From positions 1 to 64,000 of the forward strand of contig NW_025765978.1 in assembly GCF_003918875.1 (NCBI RefSeq): DNA of 64,000 bases. The letters run 5' to 3'. Shown one piece after another: positions 52,266 through 63,385 of the stretch. The notes under the pieces are model-generated. The model saw nothing but the letters and a program-made list of their open reading frames with translations. It was not told the origin of the DNA and searched no databases. The DNA is from Haliotis rubra (Eukaryota). Position 1 is the first letter of the stretch. Each line of letters begins with the position of its first letter. The position numbers were made by a program, and so were the translations under genes.

Positions 52266-55200
52266 TGACTTGACTGACTGTACCATGATGGAGCTAGTTG
52301 CTTCTGATGCTTACAGTCTCTGGTTCACTTGATCCAGATCCTTTTGTATATAAAAAGCCATAACTGAACCAGACTATTTAAGGAAAAGATTCACAAAGTA
52401 TCGTTATTTCAGTGACCAAATGGTGAAATTGGACCTATATTTTTTCGCTCAGCATTTTTTGCCAAGGTACATCCTTATATCCCACATCCCACTCCATGTC
52501 GTGGGTGACACCATCAAGACAAGTGTCGATGTAACGATAGCTCAATAAAGCAACCTCAGACTCAGATTGACCCTCACCTGTTGATGTTTTGAATAGAAAT
52601 CAAATAGAAGGTTGATACAGCTTAATTCTGTGTACATCGACTTTGGTACATATTCCAGCAAGCTACAGTGCCTTTTGTCAAGATGTTTTATGTTAATGTG
52701 TGCTTCCACCCACTCTCAGAGGCTAATGGTAGGACTTGTTTGATGTTTAAACATACAGAAGCAAATATAGAAGATCATCTCAATGGAACAACTCTGGCAG
52801 ATTTACAGGTGTCATTTATACACTGGGTGGGCGATACGGTACATATTACGCAACACAATGTTTCAAGATATCCTTTCAAATATTTTTCTGTGGTTGACTT
52901 GGTGATTGCCTCTGTGACTTTCACCAGTATGGTTATTTAACAAACAGGTATTCTTGCCGTAAGTTTCTATGGGTTTCTTTGCTACACTTTAAGATTCTCA
53001 AACTTATTTTGATATATACGTTTGTTATTTCCCTTACAAAGCTAAAATTGACAAGTATTTTTAATTCTCTATCAAGATCATTATGCAAACGGATTTCTAA
53101 ACAGGGACAATAAATCTCTTGCACCAGGCCGTTGTTAAAAAATCTGCATATTGTTCATGAGTCAATGAAAGTCAATGACAGCATGAGTTAACCTTAGCTC
53201 AATTGAACAGCTGTTTTTTTCTATCAGTTTTCAATTTCATGTTTATTGTTTTACAATGGCATATAAAAAATATGTTGTCATGATAAATTTTTGGAGCAGT
53301 ATCACTCCAGCTCGTTTAAAACCTACACATAAAATCTCACATAACTTTTCAAATTGATATAAAATGAAATACAGTACATATTGGTACAAATGTTTCCAAC
53401 TCCATCATGGCATGTCAGGTGACACAGTGGAGTGGTGTTTGTTAATCCTGCTTAAAAAACGTTCTAATTTTTTCTTTACCAATGAGTGTACAGATATTTA
53501 GATCATATAAAGTTTACCAAATTAATTCTTATGTCAACTAAATATAGTGATCAAGTCTTTTAACCCAACTGGAAAAGAACTGTGATCTTTAAATTACAAA
53601 TATGAAATACTGAACTGTACTAAATTGAGAATCTTACAGCTTAAAGTCTTGATTTTGAAGATGAAGTACTGTTTTTGATCATGATATTTGTTTTGTAGTT
53701 GAAAGTAAATGTAAGGATGGTTTGTTGTCTGGAAATCTAACTAAAACTGTATTCATCTTGTGAGTAGCAAAAACTGATTATTCAGCAGAATCTGTGAAAA
53801 GTGTTTTATCAGGGACCTTACCAGCTTCCCTGTTAAAACTGACAACAGTATTAGCAGTTGTAGCATGCAAACTACCTACCCCCTGTGTTATACGACAGTT
53901 AACACCTACATAAAACGTGTAATAAACTTTATATCCAACATGTGATGCAATTCCTACCACCTAGAAGCCAATGTACCCTTGCCACATGCGCTGACTTCTA
54001 CGCTTGGTGATAATGTAATATTTGCTTTGGTTTTCGCACACAAGACTGAAAAGAAAACAACAGCCGTTTGTCATACAGTCTGGGATTCGCAAGCAGACAA
54101 TAAAATCCTGATTTTCACAATAGGACATTATTCTGTCCAACTTTCCGATAGACGCTGGGGGGGACGGGTCGTGATTCACTGCTTTGCGATTATCTCGATT
54201 TTCGCGAACCCCCTCACCTGCAAGTTAATCCCTTAGGTCACGTTGTCCTGCAAATAACGGTACATAGTTATTATGCTGTGACATACACCGGCATGGATTT
54301 ATAGAAGAGGGATGGAAAACTGACATATTACGAATTTTATTTGGTGAATGCAGGTAGGTGATAACGATACTGTATTAATGTTGCATTTATAGTTTCAGCT
54401 GAGAATTTTTCAACAGGAAGACAAAAGCAAATTGTTCCGTTTCACTTGAAAATGTTGTTACATTTATTTGGCTTTTTCTTGGTTTAAATGTGTACTGGGG
54501 AGATTGTGGCATATTTGTTGTCTGGTTGCAGTTGAGATGTGAAGAATTAATATTTAGTAGTGAGTTTCTTGACAATATTAGGTGTGTTCTTATCGTGATA
54601 AAGATAGAGGATTCATCACGATTATACCTATGTGTTATGTAGTCTTATGGGTGATAGTTTTTAATATAGGCTTATTTAGGTTACGTGTTTGTTTATGGCC
54701 TTTTATTATAGTGTTATATTTAGTTTTCACATAATCTTGTTTGTGCACACTTAAGCTGGTTTTACTGATTTGAATTTTCATGAGAGAAGGCTGAAATGCA
54801 TTGATCAAATAGGCTTACCTGTTTACCCAAAGCGCTGTTCTTAGAAAGAAACAGGGTGATCGTTTTTTGTCATAAATTCTCATTTGGACATAAAATGTCA
54901 GATTGTAAATATTTTTTGGATCTTAGATGATGTTCTAATTTTGTAGGCGAAATCTCTCCAAAAGAGCAATGCATGAAACCTGAAGTAGATTTTAGAAATG
55001 TAAAATCAGCTAGACAGTTCTACTGAAAATCTATGACAGAAACAGATTAAATATGTTGTTGAAGTGTCAGAAGATATTATATTTACATGACCAGTACAGC
55101 TCATTGTTTGAATTTAAATATTTTGAAAAACAACCAACTGAAAGTTGTGAAACTACGTTTTAAGTAATTCAAATTCAAAGCTTCAGGAAAATTGTTTATA

Positions 55201-55999
55201 TATTACCTGTAGCCATGTAACCTTAGCTGAGGAAATACCTGTCGGGTGAGGAGAACCAGAGTTAAGACTAATGTAGTAATTCCAGCATCTGCATGTTGAT
55301 GAGTCATTGGGGCATTGTACATTGTAAAGGGGTCGAAGAGCGTTGGGGCTACGGCGTCTACTTGTGTCACGCTTTGTCGAATATCCCACCTCTTCGTTAA
55401 GATGTGTAATGAGAAGACAAGTCTGTTTTTTTTACAAGTCCTTTGACCCCTAATGGGGTGCCAGCACCTGACTTTAAATTAGGAGGCGTTTTCAAGTTGA
55501 TGATGGAGATGTTAACTGCTCGTGCAAGTACTTGGCCTGTCTTAAACTACGTGTGTGACAATTAGTCATCAAGTGTTATGCAGCGTAATGTTCGAAATAG
55601 GGAGTGATCCGGAGACAGGATTTCAGATCGTTGGATTTGTTTTGAGGAAATATGAAGAGAAAAGATGAAGTTTTTGTCTCACAAATAAATGTGTTTATTT
55701 GGGGGTATTGATTTTTTTACCTGAGGTAAAACCTGCTTAAAAAATGTCAGTTATTTTTCAAATTTGAAAAGAGAAACATGGGAAGCTAGATGATGTGTGT
55801 GATTTGATGTATGTTTAATTTTGTTTCTTATTCTGAATATGTGTGGAATAGTATGATTCATTTTTCATCAAAAAGGAACAAAATGCAATACCTAAGGCAT
55901 TAAAGGCCTTGTTAATTTCATGATTTATTGCTGAATGTAGACCAAAGTAAAACTTTCTTTATAGAGGTCAAGGGCATCTCGGCTTGCTCTACCAGAGAG

Positions 56000-56244
56000 T
56001 TAGTATTTGGTTGTTGGTTAACACCGCTCCAGCAATATTCAGCTTTATGGCGGCGGTCCGTAAATAATCGAGTCTGTAACAGACATCCAGTGATTAACGG
56101 CATGGTATCGATCTACGCAACTGGGATACATGATGACATGTGTCAACCACGTCAGCGAGCCTGACCACCGATTCCTTTAATTCGCCTCTTACGACCAAGC
56201 ATAGGTTGCTGAAGGCCGGATTCTAGCCTAGATCTTCTCGGGTC
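56000..56244 (-). mobile_element. Short retroposon family B, full-length head
   Basis: Reverse complement begins gacccgagaagatc; body matches family B. Confidence 0.9.
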
Positions 56245-56424
56245 TCTATTGCAATCAAGAAGTTGCTAATCCATAAACATGTTTTCTTCTTCAGCGTCAG
56301 CGTCTAATGTCGTCAAAGAAGTTACAATAATGTGTGACTATTAAGACATATTTCAACTTTAGGAAAACGTACATCAATTAGCGACAAATGCACAGTGGAC
56401 TACTAAGCTATGCTGAACATTTAC

Positions 56425-56552
56425 CAATTGTCCTTATGTTTGTCCACCATCCACAAACTGATATCCGTCATCGTCATCGTTGTCATAATCGGGAGAAATG
56501 TCGTCGTGGTAGTGACCAGTCCCCAAGCCAGATGACCCTTCGACGGGGCGAC
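56425..56552 (-). CDS. Probable cytoplasmic-tail exon of the SEA-EGF-TM gene
   Basis: Acceptor tgtttacag; translation VEGSSGLGTGHYHDDISPDYDNDDDDGYQFVDGG. Confidence 0.45.
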
Positions 56553-56818
56553 CTGTAAACATGTTTAGAGACACGTTTCATGGTTGTGTACACTTCACAA
56601 ATTTCAAACATATTGTCTCGTTTATTATTATGTCGTTCTGACTGATTGTTTCTTGTCAGTCCGTTTCTGGACAATCGCAGCATGTTTACGGACACGGTTA
56701 TTGTGTAAGGAAGGAGGACCTCTGCCGCGCCCTGTACGACAAGACGTATTTAAACTTTTCGTGACGTAATACACATTCCAAACATAGTTATGTTACTTAC
56801 TAACAGCATGAAACTTAC

Positions 56819-57283
56819 TAAATAAGGCTGCAGGCTCCATCTGCTCCACTCTTTCTCTCATTACCATGGTACCGGTTGCGGATAGCCGCCATTATTAGCC
56901 TGCCGGAAGTCGTCTGCTCTGCTTTGTCCCTTTGAACTATGTTCTGGTTTTCTTGCTGCATCAGCCACTGTTATATCGAGATTACGCGTGAGTTAGTCCT
57001 ACATTTCAACCAAACCAATCATCTGTAACCTGTCAACGTCCGTAGGTGGCGAAATCTAGTATAGTCTCGCATATTGTAGTTTCTTGTTGGTCTTCCCCAT
57101 CATGTTGGGAACGGATGGACCAGCTGTCTAAGGTGAAGATAAATGTATATTGCCAGGATGCGTTGGTCTTGGTTTCTAATCCCAGACTCTTCTTTATGAT
57201 CTTTTGTTTTTATCATACCCGTGGTGATGGGTCATTACATATCTTGAACCTGCGTAAGTTCGGGAAGTCTCTTCATCCGGAAT
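56819..57283 (-). CDS. Probable cytoplasmic-tail exon of the SEA-EGF-TM gene (frameshifted)
   Basis: Acceptor ttaattaatag with phase matching the previous exon (CA|G ATT CCG GAT GAA GAG = QIPDEE); donor gtaagt at ~56818. Confidence 0.4.
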
Positions 57284-57551
57284 CCTATTAATTAATACGC
57301 TGGTCACAATACCGCATACGAACGATTTTGGACCAATTCGGACACGGACTATTAAAGGATTAAAAGAAACTATAATACTATTAAAATCCCGAATTTTTCA
57401 TCACCTTATCCCGCCATTACAGATTAATTATATTCCTATTAAATCCGGTATTTCGGTAGCTATTTTCGAAGGAAGTATAAAATCTTTGACTACCAAAACA
57501 TTGTTGTAAGAAAGAACTGGATACAACAGATGTTCCGTTGTGAATACTTAC

Positions 57552-57686
57552 TGATTGAGGTAGCTCTGGTGTTCACCAAGTACACCCCGGTAGCCGTACC
57601 CCCTTCTTCGTGTCGGCGGCAGGGTTGACCTCCCCACGTCCCTGCCCCAAACATCCTTCTAACTAGTCAGGTGGATTTCATCCTCA
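57552..57686 (-). CDS. Juxtamembrane cytoplasmic exon of the SEA-EGF-TM gene
   Basis: 135-bp phase 2-2 exon, tag acceptor and gtaagt donor; SEDEIHLTS*KDVWGRDVGRSTLPPTRRRGYGYRGVLGEHQSYLN with one in-frame TAG. Confidence 0.6.
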
Positions 57687-58291
57687 CTATGGTGTATGCA
57701 GGAGGAAAATCAGAGCTAGGATTGATGAACAGCCTTTATTAATGTTTAGATAGTATTTGCATTCTTTACATTTATAATACCCCCTTATGTGAACATTTCG
57801 ATACATTATAACTGACGTTTCTGTGGCTATTTTGATATTAAACACTCCATATATGTTTTCGGAAGACAAAAGATTCTATAAAAATGATTTAAATACACAA
57901 TATGGTCAAGATCTTTTGTGAGCGTTCTCATCAGCAGCTCTGCTGAAAGCTGTTTTCGTGCGATGAGTGAGAGAGTGTGTGTCAGCGGGTGGGTTGTGTA
58001 CGGATTAAGTTTGGAGTAGGAGTTATGAGGATCGGTTGGGTTGGGATAGGTAGGGATTCAATAGTGCAGAGTTGATATGGGTCGGTTGGGTTGGGAAAGG
58101 ATTCGATAGAGTAGAGTTATGTGGACCCTGGTTTGGTTGGGTCAGATAGACGTATGAATCGGTGTTGAGCGACGTAAGCAAATAATAACCCATGATACAG
58201 TCGCATATTTTTCAATCACCTATTGTATTTTTATGACAGGACTGTTTACGTAACCCTTGCCAGTTCCATAATATCAGTTATTCAGATTTGA

Positions 58292-58456
58292 GGGCCGATG
58301 GGGTAGCCTAGTAGTTAAAGCGTTCGCTCGTCACGCCGAAGACCCGGGTTTGATTCCCACATGAGTACAATGTGTGAAGCCCATTTCTGGTGTCCCTCGT
58401 CGTGATATTGCTGTAATATTGCTAAAATCGACGTTAGAACATACTCACTCACTCAT
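58292..58456 (+). mobile_element. SINE family A; a second SINE tail lies at 58764-58806
   Basis: Full head and (cact)n tail; the tail recurs after the adjacent minisatellite. Confidence 0.9.
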
Positions 58457-58457
58457 T

Positions 58458-58755
58458 CTAGTAACATCGTCAGTTCCAGTAACACTAGCAGTTTTAGTAA
58501 TACAGTCAGTTCCAGGAACACAGTCAGTTTTAGTATTACAGTCAGTTCCAGGAACACATTCTAGTAATACAGTCAGTTCCAGGAACATTGGGTTCAAGTA
58601 ACATAGTCAGTTCCAGTAACACCGGCAGTTGTAGTAATACAGTCAGTTCCAGGAACACAGTCAGTTTTAGTAATACAGGCAGTTCCAGGAACAGATTCTA
58701 GTAATACAGTCAGTTCCAGGAACATTGGGTTCAAGTAACATAGCCAGTTTCAGTG
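58458..58755 (+). repeat. 18-bp-unit minisatellite
   Basis: Alternating agtaatacagtcagttcc / aggaacacagtcagtttt units with the variant ggaacattgggttcaag. Confidence 0.9.
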
Positions 58756-58896
58756 ATAATAATGGAATATTGCTAAAAGCGGCGTAAAACTAAACTCACT
58801 CACTCATTATCCATATGAATGACATACAAAGATGGAACAACAAACAACTGGATGCTCGAAAACATTTGTTATATGCAAAAGAAAACGTGTTCCTAC

Positions 58897-59080
58897 CTCT
58901 TTCGGTTCTTGTTCTTTCTTCTGGAACAACACGTCAGCAGTAGTGCAACCACTAGCAGCAGGATTATTCCCCTCCAAGACCTCCAGCTATACCAGCGATG
59001 GCGCCTATCTCCATTGACAGCTTTTCTGTCTTTATATCGCATTTTCACCGCTGTATACGAAATCCTCCGATATATCACAC
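58897..59080 (-). CDS. End of EGF domain plus transmembrane exon
   Basis: tattttacag acceptor and gtagg donor. Correcting two homopolymer-adjacent single-base deletions gives CDISEDFVYSGEKCDIKTEKLSMEIGAIAGIAGGLGGGIILLLVVALLLTCCSRRKNKNRK (TM helix plus basic stop-transfer). Confidence 0.85.
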
Positions 59081-59182
59081 CTGTAAAATATAGCGTCTAC
59101 ATGCGGAATGATGAAATAGAATCTAAAAACCAGGCTGTTAGTGCGGACAGATGTTAAATGAATAGATACCAGCAATTTTGGT

Positions 59183-59365
59183 TTCAGCAACCCATGTTTG
59201 TCATAAAAGGCGACTAACAGGACCAGGCTGGCTGATTTGGTTGATGCATGTCAACTTATCCCAACTCTGTTGATCGTTTGAAGTCAATGACGTGATTGTG
59301 TGGTCCAGATTTGATTGTTTACAGACTGCCATCATATAGCTGGAATATTGCTGAGTGCGGCGTTG
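59183..59365 (+). mobile_element. Short retroposon family B, diverged
   Basis: ttcagcaacccatg..ggcgactaacagg head remnant and catatagctggaatattgctgagtgcggcgtt tail. Confidence 0.8.
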
Positions 59366-59483
59366 TACACCAAAATGAAAATCATATTTAAATAATATTC
59401 ATATTAACGAGAGAGCCACGTCAGCTGATGTTTCTATCATTGCCAGCTGCACGGACAAGCAAAGATTTCTTTCTCAGCAACAC

Positions 59484-59645
59484 TTGCACACGTGATCTCC
59501 GTCCGAATTTATGTGGCACTGCCCATGTTGACATGCATCACCTGGGCACGTTGACAGGCACGTTACCTGTTCACTTTTACCACCAGAACAGTTAAAACCT
59601 CTCTGGCATATTCCTGTCGCTTGGCATTTGTCCCCAATGGTTTCC
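59484..59645 (-). CDS. Cys-rich/EGF-like exon
   Basis: 162-bp phase 2-2 exon, ETIGDKCQATGICQRGFNCSGGKSEQVTCLSTCPGDACQHGQCHINSDGDHVCK; splicing to 59080 completes a 6-Cys EGF (..CKC..GEKC). The donor is weak. Confidence 0.85.
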
Positions 59646-59809
59646 CTGAACTGAAACATGATCACATAATCATCCTACTTTCGAAGGCAAACAGAAATGG
59701 TGAATCATACTGGAAAGAGAACGTAAAATCTAAAAAATCATCATCAGCTGCCATTCACCTGATGAGGTTAGAAATTTTGACATCCATAAATTTTCCCATT
59801 ATTTATTAC

Positions 59810-59858
59810 CTGCAGTAGTCATTCTGACATGTTGCACCTTGTTTCTATTCTCCTGACC
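59810..59858 (-). CDS. Small linker exon (..GATCQNDYCR)
   Basis: cag acceptor and gtaat donor; phase-2 end joins the 59645 exon in frame. Confidence 0.6.
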
Positions 59859-59964
59859 CTGTTGGGAGCCCAATGATACATATCCCAATTTAGCATAACG
59901 ACTCACATGATAGTTCCTGACGTATCTATGGTTACAATTCTGCGAGTACTTTTGTGAAAGTAAA

Positions 59965-60092
59965 TAATGGTTTACGCAGCTTTAGGCAATATTTCAGCAA
60001 TATATCAGGACGGGACACTCAGGGTACGGAATTGACCCCGGACCTTCTGTTGGACGAGCTAACGTATTAACAACTGGACTACCCCACGCCCT
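59965..60092 (-). mobile_element. SINE family A, degenerate
   Basis: Reverse complement gggcgtggggtagtccagttg..ccggggtcaattcc..gctgaaatattg. Confidence 0.7.
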
Positions 60093-60258
60093 ATCGTGAT
60101 GAAGTATACACTGTCTGGCAAATGTACGTCTCTCTGATTCAATCGCTTTTCGTGTGATTCACACGAAAAACCAAACAGTGGACTATTAGATACACAATCT
60201 GGAACAGTTTCACTAAATGGAATGTTCTAAAGAGTATCTAACTAAATAGGTTAATTAC

Positions 60259-60423
60259 TTTGTGAGATATCGTTTGTCCCTGTAAACGGTTCCCAACTTG
60301 GTTTTAATATTGTCGGGTTGTTCATCTCTCGGTTGCAGAAGGTACCATTGAAGGCATCAACACATCATCGGCCGGTTCGTTTTACGGATGTTGACTTGAT
60401 GGTGGCCAATAACTGTACCGTTT
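60259..60423 (-). CDS. SEA-domain C-terminal exon
   Basis: ttattccag acceptor and gtaatt donor; begins NGTVIG, equivalent to the SEA GSVVV motif; internal stop or frameshift. Confidence 0.6.
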
Positions 60424-60439
60424 CTGGAATAATGACTGT

Positions 60440-61100
60440 TATTGCCTGGCTAGCTGTGTTCTGGAAGCTATGGCTGTATTACTAGGCAACTGACTGTGTT
60501 CCTGGAACTGACTGTATTACTAGAACTGACTGGCTGTTCCTGGAACGGCAATGTTACGCTTGAACCAAATGTTCCTGGTTTCAACTGTGTCACTTGAACA
60601 ATGTTCCTTGAACTGGCTGTATTACTAGAACTGACTGTGTTCCTAGAAGGGCGAGCTGTATTACTAAAACTGACTGTGTTCCTGGAACTGACTGTATTAC
60701 TAGAACTGACTGTATTTCCTGGAACCGACGATGTTACTTGACGAAAATGTTCCTGGAACTGAAGCTGTATTACTAGAACTGGCTGTATTGTTCGTACGAA
60801 CTGACTATATACTAAGACTGGCTATGTTCCAGACCAGCAATCTTCACCGACCCAAATGTACCGCAGACGTGTTGCTGGGAACTGGGCTCTGTCGTTTTAA
60901 GCGAGACTGGCTGTTGCTGGGGCTGACTGGTGCCGGGCTGACGGTATTTGCCGGGCCCAGTAACCGAACCCAAGCTGCCATTCGAACTGGCCAGCGTAAC
61001 AACCCGACTACCTACTTTCGGAAACTGACTATAACTACCGGGGCGGCGATATGCCGCGTTTGATGCGTGCCGGAATGACATTGCTGCGGAACTGGGCTGG
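60440..61100 (-). repeat. 18-bp-unit minisatellite, inverted relative to 58458-58755, decaying toward 61.3 kb
   Basis: aactgactgtgttcctggaactgactgtattactag units are reverse complements of the 58.5 kb array, including the ttgaaccaaatgttcc variant. Confidence 0.88.
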
Positions 61101-61554
61101 GCGAACATTGAAATGGACGGCTTCGTGGTTAACGGTGAAACTATTGCCGGGCTGGGATGGTTCATGTTAACGCTGCGTACTGCGATGGCGCTTGGAATGG
61201 CAAAGGCGAAACGGTCAGTGGGCGTAGAGCTATCGTGGCAGCGAACTGCGTAACGTGACTTCCGTTCAGCCGAAACCCACCCTCCGTTTAACCGTTTTCT
61301 GGCCAAAATCAGATATAGAGGTTTTAGTGGGAACAAGTATCATTCATACAAACAGCGCAATTTGAAAAGCTAATAAGCTGTTGCTGCATCGCAAGGTCTA
61401 TGCGAATGAAACATTTCCCCTTCCATGGAATTCAATGCATTTCCGAGAGCCAAAGAGGATGCATTAAGTGAAAGGTGTTAACTTTGGCAAAGATGCGGGT
61501 TTAGCGGCACCTGTTGGGTATATGGGGTTGTTCAGGATGAAACCTGGATGAAAC

Positions 61555-61893
61555 AGTTAGAGCATCCGCCTACAGAACGGAAGGTCATGGGAGTTCGATC
61601 CCCGACCGCGTCATACCAAAAGACGTTAAAATATGGTACTTGTTTGTCCCTGTCTGGCGCTCGGCATTAATGGGTACAACAAGGACTGGTCGGCTCGGAG
61701 TCAGTATAATGTGTCTGAGTTGGGTATTCATGCTTCACTGCGGCATGGTATCTCAGTGGGCTAACACTACAAAACCAGCTTCGGTCTGGCTAGTACAAGC
61801 AGCCTTGTTCACATACACGCATGCACGATCGTCATATGAGGCGAAATATTCTCAAGCACGACGTTGACAATTTCACCTCACCTCACCTCACCT
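61555..61893 (+). mobile_element. SINE family C
   Basis: Colinear with 36124-36488; (cacct)n tail. Confidence 0.9.
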
Positions 61894-62545
61894 ATGATTG
61901 AGTTGCAGTTAGTGATCCACCATCAAAGTACCTGACAACCCAATCCAGTTACTCGCTCTTACGACTGGAATGGATTGCAGAAACTCAAGCCCGGATCTTC
62001 ATCGGGAAAGGAGATTCATGATTTATATTTAGCAGGACGTTTCGGGTCTACGCATGTTATTCTCACACTGAAATGATGTTAATGGGAATATCTGCTAAAT
62101 CTAGGATAAAGTGATAAAAGATACATTCATGGTCGACATGAATGGTATTGTGTATTTTGTATCTTTAAGACTGTGTCGGTTGTGTGGAACCCTGTACAAC
62201 ATTTTTATATGCTACATATAAACACTACGAGTTAAGCTTGTCTAACTTCCCATACGCGTTACAAATAATCGGATAACAAGTGAAATTAACTCATTTAACT
62301 TAGGTAATTGCGAGGCAAAATTGGTGTAGGGAGATTGCATATAATAAATGCGCCCGAGCGCAAGGTTTCCGGATGTGCACAGGGAGACAAAATGAAAGTT
62401 TGAAAAGATATAATAAAGAATGTATGCGTGTACAGAAAAAGGTAATAAATTCATCATAATAACGTATGTATAAACGAGTGCACAAGTTCATGCTTAACAC
62501 GTTCCTATATTGCAGACATATGTACAGTTGGTTTTCAGTGATAAC

Positions 62546-62785
62546 AGTGAGTGAAAGGTGAGTATAGTTTTACGCCGCACAGCACTATTCGCTGCACTCA
62601 GTCCGTAAATAATCGAGTCTGGACCAGACGATCCAATGATCAACAGCATGAGCATCGATTTACGCAATTGGGATACGATGACATGTCAACCAAGTCAGCG
62701 AGTCTGACCACCCGATCCCTTGTCGCCTCTTACGACAAGCATGGGCTTGCTGAAGACCAATTCTAACCCGGATCCTCCACAGGTC
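62546..62785 (-). mobile_element. Short retroposon family B, full length, 10-bp TSD
   Basis: TSD cagtgataac at 62536-62545 and 62786-62795. Confidence 0.93.
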
Positions 62786-62875
62786 CAGTGATAACCAAAA
62801 GTTCGGAGATCATATAGGATGTTCAATATTACCGCGGAATAAAACATACAAAATTCTGTATTCCTCGCACCTTAC

Positions 62876-63002
62876 CTGGGATCTTTACCTTAATTATAAG
62901 CTCGCGATTCCATTTCTCATACTCTTGCGATGTGTTGTTCATCAGCTCTGGGGAAATCCGCATCCACTTCTACTTTCATATCTAATTCGAACAATGCCGT
63001 AT
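62876..63002 (-). CDS. SEA-domain N-terminal exon
   Basis: Strong acceptor ttttatgtccttcacag and donor cag|gtaag; TALFELDMKVEVDADF.PELMNNTSQEYEKWNRELII fits the SEA pattern F..EL.N..S.EY. Indels present. Confidence 0.7.
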
Positions 63003-63385
63003 CTGTGAAGGACATAAAACAGGGTACAAGTTACATAGGGACTATTGCTGGGCGATAAAGTCCATATATACTCTTCAAAAAAACAAACGTGACATAGGAC
63101 AAATTTGAATTGTAGAAAATGTGATACAAACCAATGCATGCTGAATCCCAGCATGTGGGTGAATGGGTGCCGACGACAAAACGTTTAAAAACAGAAACGT
63201 TTAACAAAAACGCAACGCTACACTCACGTCTGTAGTGAATCGCTAAAACGCGCCTTACATGAAATGCACGAGCATCATGAAATTATGTATCACCCTGAGC
63301 TGAAGCCTATGACTGTAGGCTATAAAAAGCTACATCAATGATACCCCACATGCATTGCTTTTAAGCCACTAAAGACGACAAGAGA

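Noticed and set aside
60812-61336. 174-aa minus-strand ORF as the mucin PTS domain
   Set aside because: It lies between SEA exons, derives from a decayed minisatellite and noisy sequence, and lacks clear splice sites.
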